Shown: positions 9,938 through 19,359, counted from the stretch's first letter. The stretch: 32,000 nt of DNA from Candidatus Baldrarchaeum yapensis (GCA_016840465.1 JAEOSH010000013.1:1-32000), one strand, 5' to 3'. Notes: generated by a model from the sequence alone, not told the origin. Program-made: numbers and translations.

Positions 9938-10311
9938 TCCATAAACCTCCAGACGTTCCTCTCCTCATACATGCATCCACTTAAAGATTTCCCTTAAATG
10001 GCACTCCTGAAACTTTCTGAGGAACGGACCTTTCCCATCTGATCCCCCATTCCAGTTGCTTTCATCCGCGCGGCGAAATGCATACTGGCGACCTATAACC
10101 CCTTCGTATCTCGAGAAGAAGTTTCAGAAGTGCTAACAAACCGAAAAGAGTTAAATAGTATTCAATAAAAAACGATACTCAAAAATCAGAAAACCTGCGA
10201 AATAAAAAACGAAAAACATGTTTTGTGAGAACCTCTCGGCTAGCATTTTAGACCCTAAGAACATACTGAAATGCAGATAAACTGGAAAATGCCACCCAAT
10301 CGTATTATCCA

Positions 10312-11208
10312 TTAATAAGTCTCCCTAGTTAATTTAGATAACAATAAAGACCCGGCTCTGCTACTAAACAAAGACCCTAGAATCCTCATTGACGACCCTC
10401 TTAACGCTTTGTCCTTAATTAGTTTCTGCATAAGAACACCGGACCAGATAGCAAGAGGAATCCTGTATGGAGCCTCTATAAGTTCTTCTTCGATCTGCTT
10501 GTTCATCCTTAACGATAAATTCAACGCATCTCTACATACTACTTCTTCAGCAAGGCTCAAAGCCCTCCTGCTTAACCATCTTCTGATGGTAAAATAATCA
10601 TTTAATGTGTACAACTTCTCCTTGTACACCGCATGCGCCGCCGAAACGACAACCTCGGCATACCGCTCTAAAGTCGGTATTTCAACACCATAAAAATCAA
10701 TAGTCCTCGTGTGCTCAAACAGTTCCCTCCCATCAATGTAAATGAGGCTCCCACCAATGCTAGGGTGCGTGTAAATGTCAACTATGGCGACCTCTTTAGT
10801 TAGGGTAATGGTATATGGCTCCAAAACAACTACCCTAAAACCAAGCCCTACTAATGCCCTCACAGCTCTACCAACATAACTCTCCTCCACAAGAATGTCT
10901 ATGTCCGCAGGAACATAAAAGATGGGCTTCACAAACTTAAAAAAGACATATTCAGTGCCCTTCAAAACCTCTGAAATCTTCCTAACAGTGTTAATCGTAG
11001 CCTCAAATCTCCTCTCCTCCTCATCCGCCACCCCGCTACGTATACCAGCTGCCCTGAGAAAATGCAAAAGAACCTTGTTCTTTCTAGCACATCTTACAAG
11101 TACATCAACCTCATCGCTTTTAGGCCTATACCTGCCCTCAATCACGTCTATGACCTTCTTGCTCAATGTCAACACCCAAACACCCCAAAACCTCTTTAAA
11201 AGACTCAT
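10312..11208 (-). CDS. Nucleotidyltransferase family protein (NTP_transf_5-like); exact start uncertain
   Basis: Pol-beta superfamily motif 'FFKFVKPIFYVPADIDILV', then 'IVDIYTH' and 'AAHAVYKE'. Confidence 0.75.
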   Translation of the reverse strand: MSLLKRFWGVWVLTLSKKVIDVIEGRYRPKSDEVDVLVRCARKNKVLLHFLRAAGIRSGVADEEERRFEATINTVRKISEVLKGTEYVFFKFVKPIFYVPADIDILVEESYVGRAVRALVGLGFRVVVLEPYTITLTKEVAIVDIYTHPSIGGSLIYIDGRELFEHTRTIDFYGVEIPTLERYAEVVVSAAHAVYKEKLYTLNDYFTIRRWLSRRALSLAEEVVCRDALNLSLRMNKQIEEELIEAPYRIPLAIWSGVLMQKLIKDKALRGSSMRILGSLFSSRAGSLLLSKLTRETY

Positions 11209-11788
11209 CCGGCCCCTTGTCCGAAGTATCTACAACACATGCACCCACAACCCTCGCTAAGACATTATATACGGCAAGCTGAAGAATAGCTCTACTAAAG
11301 GATAACTCGCCCCTCCTCCTGGAAACTAAAACCTCCGGCCGAGCCCTAACATACACCCCGGCTCCGCTTCTCATCGTAAGTGACAAAAGAAACTTGGCAT
11401 AAATAGACTTTAAGAACGAAAGATCCTTAGTGGTCATACAAATCCACACAATAAGGTCCAAAGCAGAACGCTCACTGACAATAACACGCCCCCAAAGCCT
11501 CGGAAAATAAAACCTGTGTAAAATTACCGGCAACGCGGAAACAACTTCAAGAAATTGCCACACCCTCCGAAATTTGGACGGAATCCTAATTTTATAATAG
11601 GGATTATCCTCACCCTTAAAAACAGCAAAACGCGATAAAAACTTGGCTAGTAACGACGAAAAAGTATGCGTGCCCCGCATCCACGAAATCTTTACCTTCA
11701 ACCCCCTCCTTCTCAAAAATTTAGAAAGAATCCTTGCAAGAGTCGTCTTGCCCGAACCATCAGGCCCAAAAAACAATATTAACAACAA
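11138..11788 (-). CDS. Thymidylate-kinase-like P-loop kinase
   Basis: N-terminal P-loop FFGPDGSGKTT, 'VIVSERSALD' at the DR-motif position, and lid 'RARPEVLVSRR'. Confidence 0.75.
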   Translation of the reverse strand: MLLILFFGPDGSGKTTLARILSKFLRRRGLKVKISWMRGTHTFSSLLAKFLSRFAVFKGEDNPYYKIRIPSKFRRVWQFLEVVSALPVILHRFYFPRLWGRVIVSERSALDLIVWICMTTKDLSFLKSIYAKFLLSLTMRSGAGVYVRARPEVLVSRRRGELSFSRAILQLAVYNVLARVVGACVVDTSDKGPDESFKEVLGCLGVDIEQEGHRRD

Positions 11789-12339
11789 ATTTCCATCCCC
11801 GGAACCACTATCTCTTTCATAACCACCATTTTAGCCCTTCAATGTACTCTCCGTAACAATTCCTTTAAGCATTGCCCTGTGGAACTATTACGGAAAAGGC
11901 CATCTTAAATAAACATTTAGATAACTTGCTACGCCGATAACACCGCCTCCACTCAGGTTGCACAGCGGCCTATGCGGGTAGACAACGAGCGAACCTTCAG
12001 ATGTGGGACTTGAGGGTTATCCCGATCTAATAAAATTAAGAGTAGAGATGACGTTTACATTAAACCCTAAGTATCTTACACTCAGCATAAATATTTACCT
12101 GCTTTATGGCGCAAATATTCATCCTTCCTCCAAGAGTTCCAGGAATTAAACCTAAAACCTCTTGGTATATAGTTGAATGCAACAATAACTTCGTATATTG
12201 GCGATTCACAACATTATCTATTATTGCTTTCAGCTCCTATCCCCGAGAATCTCACGTTGCCCACCAAGGTATATGGGCCCACGTAAGTATCGGATACAAC
12301 CACACTATTACCTCTACGTGTACCAGTCCCTCATAAAAC

Positions 12340-12594
12340 TTAGTTTTTTAAGTGACTATCCCTTCTAAGTGTGAACCCGTACGCGTCAACGAGGACGGTG
12401 ACTTTATGCTCTAGTCCCGGCACCTCTATTTTCCTTTCGGCCGAAGGCTTTGCGTTCAGGGCGTTATACCAGATGCCCGCCATCGGATCCGTTATTTGGA
12501 AGAGGCGATGCGGTGATGGCATCATGGGATATGGCACAATTAGCAGAATCAGAATTATGGCCGATACTATCAACCCTACTATGTTTCTCTTCAT
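12340..12594 (-). pseudogene. Truncated N-terminus of a penicillin acylase (Ntn hydrolase) family protein
   Basis: GGGGAG SD plus ATG 12594, a signal anchor, then 'IEVPGLEHKVTVLVDAYG'. Similarity stops where GVPHIYA is expected; only 84 aa of a normally ~800-aa protein. Confidence 0.7.
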
Positions 12595-13065
12595 GGAATC
12601 TCCCCATCCCGGTCTTACGGGTGCTTCCACCATCCACGAAAGATATCATATCACGAACAGAACCCTATACTTTTCGCCCATTGGTATACGAAATACAACA
12701 AAGGAGATCGTATGCTGTCTGTCTAAATGATGACTCCTGATGATGTGCTTTGTGGAAAGCGCTTTCACTTGAGGATCTCGAGGACCTTCTAGCCGCAAAT
12801 CAAGATCCTAGGATGATTGCGAGGGCTTTCCGTCTATGAGATTCACTACCGAGACTCTTAAAGGGATAAACATTTTAATCGGTAGAAGCGCGTAGCAGGA
12901 AAACTTTTCTCATCGAACAATTTAAGAACTGCCGCTGCAAACTGATTACATGGACGTTTTTCTGCGAGTTGATGACATAAAGGGATGACTCTAGAAATGG
13001 TATTATCACAATCAATGATGTCGTTCGTGCGGAAATTATGAGTTCTAGTATGGAAGTGAAAATAG

Positions 13066-13926
13066 ATGGAGATGGATAAGTATCCCCGCTATGTTACCCC
13101 CGGTTTTAAGCCATTTGACCCGGTGAAACTCGCGGAGTGGACGGAGAAGATCGTAACTCGAAGGACTGAGGCGGGTCAGGAACGGAAGTATACCGCTTTT
13201 TATGCAACTGGTGTTTACAGGGGGATCGCAACCGGGTACACCGTTGGATGTTGCCTCAGATGTATCTTCTGCTGGGTGGACTGGTCAAGAGATTTTCCCG
13301 AGCGGTTTGGTACGTTTTACTCCCCGGAAGCGGTATTCCAGAAGCTAGTGGAAACCGCACGCAAGTACGGGGTAAAGAAGGTTCGCATTTCGGGTGCCGA
13401 GCCCACTATAGGGAAGGATCATCTGCTTGCGGTCTTGGAGAGGATAGAGGAGTGCGACGAGATCAACTTATTCATTCTCGAGACAAATGGTATTCTCTTT
13501 GGGGTCGATAAGAAGTATGTGGAGAAGGTTGCCCAATTTTCCAAGGTGCACGTGAGGGTTTCCCTAAAGGCGGGAACTCCCGAGGCGTTCACCAGAAAAA
13601 CAGGTGCAATTCCGGAGGCCTTCGAGATACCCTTTAAGGCGATAGAGAACCTGCTGGATGTGGGTGCAAGTTTTCACGTTGCCGCGATGAGCGCAGATCC
13701 AAGAATAATGACGCCTGAGGAGCGCCTTAGCCTGATACAGCGCCTGGCGGAGATAGATCCGAGGCTCGTGCTGGAGCTTGAGGAGGAGGTCGTGGATCCC
13801 TATGACACTACGCTTCAGAGGCTGAAGTTCGCCGGGGTGGAACTCGAGTGGCCGTTACGCAAGATTTACGTGCCAGTGAGAGAGATGCTCATGGAGATGT
13901 TAAAGAAGAAGCGAGGCAAGAAGTGA
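13066..13926 (+). CDS. Radical SAM protein (archaeal COG5014-like Fe-S oxidoreductase)
   Basis: CxxxCxxC in GCCLRCIFCW; 'RISGAEPT', 'ILETNG', 'VRVSLK'. Confidence 0.9.
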   Translation: MEMDKYPRYVTPGFKPFDPVKLAEWTEKIVTRRTEAGQERKYTAFYATGVYRGIATGYTVGCCLRCIFCWVDWSRDFPERFGTFYSPEAVFQKLVETARKYGVKKVRISGAEPTIGKDHLLAVLERIEECDEINLFILETNGILFGVDKKYVEKVAQFSKVHVRVSLKAGTPEAFTRKTGAIPEAFEIPFKAIENLLDVGASFHVAAMSADPRIMTPEERLSLIQRLAEIDPRLVLELEEEVVDPYDTTLQRLKFAGVELEWPLRKIYVPVREMLMEMLKKKRGKK

Positions 13927-14038
13927 CGTGATGCTCATGGAAAAATGTTCTTAAGCGCACAGCATATTAGTTTAAGTGGGGATGACGAAACTGATCTGCG
14001 CAGATCGGATGAAGAGATGCACCTCCTCCCGACCCGCC

Positions 14039-14680
14039 TCACACCAGCTTCTCCTGTGGTACAAAGCGTTCCTGAATCCCCTTCTTCGTTATTATTAGAA
14101 TGTCTATGCCAAGTCCGGTGGCAATGTCCCTCTTACTGGATGCTCTTATTGCCCGAATTGCCAGTTTCTCGGCCTCTTCCAGTGGCATGTCCTCCCGGTA
14201 CCATTCCTCAAGGGTGCCAAGCGCGGTCTCGGCGCCGGTTCCACACGCGGTAAATGGGTCTGCCAGCTGAGCACCAAGTAAGTCCAGTGATATTACCGTG
14301 GGTTTGTCATTTTCGTATCCGCCGACGACGCACTCGATAATCAGCGGGAAGTCTCTGCGGCTGTGGAGTATGGAGCCGGCGAGGGAGGCGAGGGCCTTGG
14401 CACCTATTTCCTTACCGGTGTCCATTTCGTAAAGGGTTGCATATCTCTGCAGAAGCTTGACAAAGTAGCCCATATCTCCCATTATTCCCATGCCGGCGAT
14501 TCCGACCCTCTCCGTGATCTTGAACACCTTCTTCATGTACCCTTGGACGTAGTTTCTGTATGCTGCCTTCCTATCCGCGGCGAGAATAACACCGCCCTTC
14601 ACCGCAATGCCGACTACGGTTCCACCTATGAAGAGGTCGAGCAGGTCTATTTGGTCCGTGTGTGAGCGCGTGTCCCACAT
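14039..14680 (-). CDS. psmB: 20S proteasome beta subunit, probably the non-catalytic type
   Basis: 'GGTVVGIAVKGGVILAADRK...KKVFKITERVGIAGMGIMGD', 'CGTGAETALGTLE', 'RDIATGLGID'. ATG 14680 has a GGAGGGGGAG SD and a TTTTATATA box upstream. Confidence 0.92.
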   Translation of the reverse strand: MWDTRSHTDQIDLLDLFIGGTVVGIAVKGGVILAADRKAAYRNYVQGYMKKVFKITERVGIAGMGIMGDMGYFVKLLQRYATLYEMDTGKEIGAKALASLAGSILHSRRDFPLIIECVVGGYENDKPTVISLDLLGAQLADPFTACGTGAETALGTLEEWYREDMPLEEAEKLAIRAIRASSKRDIATGLGIDILIITKKGIQERFVPQEKLV

Positions 14681-14771
14681 GGTCCACTCCCCCTCCCAGA
14701 CTCCGGAGATCCCGTATATAAAACATTTGATTCTCCCATCAGACCGCGTATTCAACCACCAACAGGAAATA

Positions 14772-15956
14772 TCACTGTTCCTCCACCCTTATCGCCCTAC
14801 GGAATAACGTCTTGAACATGAGCACGTTCGCGCCCTGCCATCCGACGGTCTTCTTCCTCAGACCCGGGGGGACGACTATGCGCAGAGTTCCCTCCCGCTC
14901 CTCCACATCTATCGGCCTGAAGTCCAAGATTCTCTCGAGAACCCACTCCACGTCACTCAGCTTTATCTGGGGGATCCTATTTCTGCAATCATTTGGGCAG
15001 TTCACGCAGAAATTGGACATCCAGCACACGTTTGCGCATGTCACGTTTGCAGTATACGCATTTGCGCAGCATGCAGACTTGTATGCCAACAGTCCGACCT
15101 CCTGTGAAACCTTGAGCGCCCTTCGCTTGAGGTCCTCACCCCTTATGTAAACCTGCCTCCGCTCCACCCTTCCCACCCTCATCCTTATCTGCTTCATGTC
15201 TATGCCGGACGCGTACATTCTCTCTATGATCTTCTGAGAGACTCTCAGCGTGCCGATTATGACGCCCTCGGCACCAGCGTCCTTTGCCCTCCCGAGTATT
15301 TCCTCGAACTCTTGATCCGTCACTCCCGGAATTATTGGTCTCAGGAACAAGAACGGTTTTAACCCGGCATCCCTCAAATTAGAAATCGATTCAAACCTCT
15401 TGTCCGGCGAAGGGGCATGTTTTTCCAGATTTCTCGCATGTTTTATCGTCACTATCGTGATTAGTGGACAGATTGGTGTTCCATCGGCAACGTCAACGAT
15501 CCTGTCCGCGAGGTCTCTGCTTATGTACGACTTCGTCGAGAACTGTATGGGGTTCCCGAGATACTTCGAAAACGCCCTGATGTACTCTAGTGTCCTCTCG
15601 GCAACCTTCGGGTGGAAGGGCTCGGTTATGCTACCTATCGCTATGAACGTTCCGTACCTGCCCGGGACGAACCAAGGGTTCTCCAACAGGGCAAGAGTAA
15701 CCTCCTCTCCGCTCAGTTCATAGGGAGATGTTCTGTCGAGGGGCTCTCCCATCTCGGCTATGTAGCAGTAAAGACATCCATATGCGCAACCGTGCGCAGT
15801 GTGAATTGTTATGCCACACGGGCGCGGAGGCCTGCGTGCATGCCCGTCATTCACCGCCTTCTTTACACTTTTCCTACCGAGGTTTCTGCGCAGTTCCTTC
15901 ACCAACTCCGCCTTTAAATGGAGCATCGCAATAGGGTTTATTACTTCCGTCTTCAC
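14772..15956 (-). CDS. Radical SAM protein, spore-photoproduct-lyase-like (COG1533)
   Basis: HGCAYGCLYCY, 'GSITEPF', 'FSTK', 'FLRPIIPG'; GTG 15956 after a GAGGGAGG SD; extra Cys-rich C-terminus. Confidence 0.88.
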   Translation of the reverse strand: MKTEVINPIAMLHLKAELVKELRRNLGRKSVKKAVNDGHARRPPRPCGITIHTAHGCAYGCLYCYIAEMGEPLDRTSPYELSGEEVTLALLENPWFVPGRYGTFIAIGSITEPFHPKVAERTLEYIRAFSKYLGNPIQFSTKSYISRDLADRIVDVADGTPICPLITIVTIKHARNLEKHAPSPDKRFESISNLRDAGLKPFLFLRPIIPGVTDQEFEEILGRAKDAGAEGVIIGTLRVSQKIIERMYASGIDMKQIRMRVGRVERRQVYIRGEDLKRRALKVSQEVGLLAYKSACCANAYTANVTCANVCWMSNFCVNCPNDCRNRIPQIKLSDVEWVLERILDFRPIDVEEREGTLRIVVPPGLRKKTVGWQGANVLMFKTLFRRAIRVEEQ

Positions 15957-16240
15957 AATTCCTCCCTCGTACGAGTCGCGTGACGAAATTTCCATCTAGG
16001 AATCTCCTTGCCTGTTAACATACTGCAGTTATCACACTGCCACTTTTAGTCTATCCATTGCATCACTATACTTCTCCATCCTCGAAGTCCGGGGAAAACT
16101 TACAATCGACAAAAATTTTATGAATATGGCGAAAAACCCGCAAATGCAACTTTATATTTGGTCGCATTCTACGGATTTGAGGTATTTCTTCATCGGATCC
16201 TGCCTTAAAACACCCGTAGAGGTTTCAAACCTTGGTGAAC

Positions 16241-16855
16241 TCAAAGTTCCGCCTCAAGGCGCTCTAGAAGTGTCCGTTGTGCAAGTTCTCTGTTTTTCAA
16301 GCTCACATACAGCGGGACTTGCGGAAGGGGGAGTTTTCTTCCGATAATTACGCTCTTTAGCGCCTTTGAAAGCATTTCTATTCTTTTGATAGAGTCATCA
16401 GTTAGCATCGACGTTGATAGTATTTGCATGCTTGTCTTCCGCTTCATGAGCGAGATAACCTCCATGATCACGACCTCTACTGGCGTGATTCCCTTGTTGA
16501 TACCCCGGCACATGGAATGCACGTACACGTAGTACGTCTCTCCCATGAAGTCGAATCTTGCGAGGTAGCGGTCCTCCAGCCTCATAGGCTTCTTCTCGAC
16601 GTAAAAGGGCCAGAGCCTGCATGCCATCGGCTTGTCTCCTTGAATGCTGCATATTCTCTTGTCTTGGAATATGCACGCCCCGTTGACCTTCTTAAGATAG
16701 TACTTCCCCTTCCTCACGACAACAACTTCAGGGCCGTACTTCTCGATTAACCTTTTCGCCTCATGCGGGAGAAGGCGCACCTCGAACTTCCTGCAGCACT
16801 CTCCACAGAGGATACAGGACCACGTTTTCACGAGGCGCCAGGGGAGCAGTGGCAT
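16241..16855 (-). CDS. YkgJ family cysteine-cluster protein (UPF0153)
   Basis: 'CILCGECCR', 'ACIFQDKRICSIQGDKPMACRLWPF', 'CRGI'. Confidence 0.88.
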   Translation of the reverse strand: MPLLPWRLVKTWSCILCGECCRKFEVRLLPHEAKRLIEKYGPEVVVVRKGKYYLKKVNGACIFQDKRICSIQGDKPMACRLWPFYVEKKPMRLEDRYLARFDFMGETYYVYVHSMCRGINKGITPVEVVIMEVISLMKRKTSMQILSTSMLTDDSIKRIEMLSKALKSVIIGRKLPLPQVPLYVSLKNRELAQRTLLERLEAEL

Positions 16856-17132
16856 TGACCACCACTCCCCGCATAAGTTTCAATTTGGACTCGCTGGTTA
16901 AGGATCATACTTCAGGATATAATAGAACATAATTAGATTTTTGTGATTGGTCGTATGAGAAGGGATCAGCAATTCTTCCGATCCTCATTCTCTATATTTT
17001 GACATTAAGCTTTGTTATACTTTTTCTTTAAACGAACGTTCTCAGGGTTTTAACAAGGTATCGATTTCACCGTGAGCGCATATAATGGTGCCCCTTAAAT
17101 CAAAATCGTCGTACATAAAAATGGGGGTAAGT

Positions 17133-17582
17133 ATGGAACCTATCATCTGGGAGGTTTACCTTTGCGATCTTTACGATCTGTTGAGATACGATCGTGGAGA
17201 AATATCATGGAACGACGTAAAAAAGAGGAAAGTAAGATGCCTAGTTGATACCGGAGCCAGTAGAACACTAATCACGAGAAAACACTTGAAAGGACTCTCG
17301 TACATTTCACGCGGGAAAAGGGAAATTCACGGAATATGTAAAGAGCCTGTTGATGCGAATTTGGTAAGACTTGGGATTGCAATTCGAGTAGATGACGAAA
17401 TATTAGGTGCCATAGATGACGTATTTCTGCTCATAGATGAGGAGGAGGGGCGCAGAATAACGGAAGTTCTACAAACCATGGATGCAGAGGCAATACTCGG
17501 GCGCACGTCGATGGACGCGCTCGGAATACGACCAGAACCTGCAACGAAGAAACCCCAGAGGGCACCAGCGGTGATACTGTGA
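17133..17582 (+). CDS. Clan AA (retropepsin-like) aspartic protease
   Basis: 'VRCLVDTGASRTLI' and C-terminal 'AILGRTSMDALGI'; ATG 17133 after a GGGGGT SD. Confidence 0.9.
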   Translation: MEPIIWEVYLCDLYDLLRYDRGEISWNDVKKRKVRCLVDTGASRTLITRKHLKGLSYISRGKREIHGICKEPVDANLVRLGIAIRVDDEILGAIDDVFLLIDEEEGRRITEVLQTMDAEAILGRTSMDALGIRPEPATKKPQRAPAVIL

Positions 17583-17670
17583 CCATAGACATCCGGCCGC
17601 GAAAGAATCAAGATAAGCGGTCATTTTAAGGATGGTTTATCATTCCCGTCCGATGATGTTTTTATCTCGC

Positions 17671-19089
17671 TCAAAACGGATGAAGTGGAGTGTTTTTCCT
17701 GATATTCCCGAGGACTTTTAAGTCCACCAAATAAATTCTCTTCTCCTTTAAAATTTCGGCGGCCTCACTACTAACTCCACCTTTATGGAAGATCACGAGC
17801 CGGGAGTGTGGGTACTCATCTAAGTGTTTTTCGAGTTGCTCTATTTTCCTTTTAGGGACATCGGTCCCGAAATAGCATTCACCTAACAGGGTTCTCCCCT
17901 CAAAGTCTATTGCTAAGACATCTATCTGCCCATATCTGCTCTTACCCATCCCAACGTACTTAAAGGGGCCGAGCACTAATTCTCTTCCGAGTGCGTCCTT
18001 AACCCTTATCTGCTTGCCGAGCGCACCGAGCGTTTCCCTAACAAGCGCCTCAAACCCTATTGTAGAAACTCTCTTGAAGAGTTCTATGTCCTTAGCCATC
18101 TGCGGTGTCGTAGTGAACAACACCCATGAGGCGAAGGTTCTGTCCTTCGCAACGTAAAAAACGTTCTTCCTAGATATGAAGACCTTGGATATGAGGTCTC
18201 TCTCGATAAGGTCGGAAAGCATCTGAGGAAGGTCACTTTCACCGATTGTGCTTTCTAGGTCTTCGTACTTCTTCCTGCCGATCGCCAGGTTGTAGATCAC
18301 GAGTCTTTCCGTGGGGTTCAGGTCTTCATAGAGTGAGAAAAAGTACTCGGCGAGTGTTCCTTCCGTGAATTCCATTCTTAAGGCCTCATCGAGGTCTCCG
18401 TAGAGGGCGTACGCTTTTGTTAGGCACTCCACGTAGAACGGAACAAAATCCGCCAGTATGACGATCCTATCCTTCACGTCGTCGGGAATTTTCCATCCGT
18501 ACTCCCGCTCCATCAGCGATATTAGCCCTAGGGAGTTGTTGAAGTCCAAGGGTCCGAGGTTCAGTATGAAGTCAAAAGTTCTGGCTAAGATCCTCGCCTT
18601 TCGAATTATCTTCCTTATCTCCGCAAGGCTACTCGAGGTTGCGATTACCGCCGCCCCGCAATCCATAATGCAACCTCTCAGTACCGCCGCGAAGTTCGTG
18701 ACATTTCCAAATTCCCTCTTCCTTCCCAGCGTCCTGAAGAGATTCGTAAACTCGTCCAGAACGATGACGTTCACGCCACGTTCCGAAACTTCCCTAAAGA
18801 AGTTCTCAAGTGCTGTTTTGTTATCCAGTCGTCCGACATCTACATCTTTCAGGCATAATTCCTCTGCCATCTGTCTCAGAAGATCTGATCCCCGCGTTAC
18901 AGTCGAACAATTTATGTATACCCCTTTGAAACCCTGCCCTTCAACCTCCTCGAGAACTTTTAACGCGAGAACCGACTTCCCTATCCCCCTTCGACCCTTT
19001 ATCAGGATCTTATCACCCCTCGTGATCATCAAGGAGAGTAACTCAAGTTCTCTTTCTCTATTAACAAAATACTTGACCTTCGGTCTCAC
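17671..19089 (-). CDS. Archaeal AAA+ ATPase (ATPase_2-like) with winged helix and a C-terminal DUF234/PD-(D/E)XK-like domain
   Basis: 'FVNRERELE', Walker A GRRGIGKS, Walker B VIVLDEF, 'DRTFASW...FEALVRE', 'QIDVLA...GECYF'; GTG start at 19089. Confidence 0.88.
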   Translation of the reverse strand: MRPKVKYFVNRERELELLSLMITRGDKILIKGRRGIGKSVLALKVLEEVEGQGFKGVYINCSTVTRGSDLLRQMAEELCLKDVDVGRLDNKTALENFFREVSERGVNVIVLDEFTNLFRTLGRKREFGNVTNFAAVLRGCIMDCGAAVIATSSSLAEIRKIIRKARILARTFDFILNLGPLDFNNSLGLISLMEREYGWKIPDDVKDRIVILADFVPFYVECLTKAYALYGDLDEALRMEFTEGTLAEYFFSLYEDLNPTERLVIYNLAIGRKKYEDLESTIGESDLPQMLSDLIERDLISKVFISRKNVFYVAKDRTFASWVLFTTTPQMAKDIELFKRVSTIGFEALVRETLGALGKQIRVKDALGRELVLGPFKYVGMGKSRYGQIDVLAIDFEGRTLLGECYFGTDVPKRKIEQLEKHLDEYPHSRLVIFHKGGVSSEAAEILKEKRIYLVDLKVLGNIRKNTPLHPF

Positions 19090-19359
19090 CCTAATATCCC
19101 CCTTATTAATTGACCGAGAATAACATATCAAATGATAGGTTATAAAATTATAGGTTATCATATCATCTGTCATTATCCAACGATAAAGTTGCGGTCTTCG
19201 GTCACTTCCCGCGGAAACTCATTGATGAAACTCGATTTAGTTTTAGATATCTCCTTTTCTTCCAAGAAAATCTTAGTAAATGGTATTTATGATATTGAAA
19301 ATTGGTGATGATAGATATTGACGCTTTTTCAAGGGCGTGTTTTTTTCACCATCACAACC

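Noticed and set aside
12726-12745. ATGATGA...CTGA resembling a C/D box sRNA
   Set aside because: Only 3 nt between the boxes, no guide regions and no downstream D box.
12755-12766. Perfect palindrome GAAAGCGCTTTC resembling a LacI/CcpA cre site, and ORB-like words at 11876 and 12134
   Set aside because: No LacI-family gene or orc1/cdc6 in the window; the matches to ORB are partial and lack G-strings.
12950-13080. Frameshifted mini-ORF 'MDVFLRVDDIKG..DSR' faintly like the Hcp N-terminus
   Set aside because: Too short, needs a frameshift, and there is no T6SS context.
17651-17702. C/D-like pattern GATGATG...GGATGAA...CTGA
   Set aside because: The C' and D boxes fall in the antisense of the ATPase's last codons, D' is absent, and the 5' part is explained by a hairpin between convergent genes.
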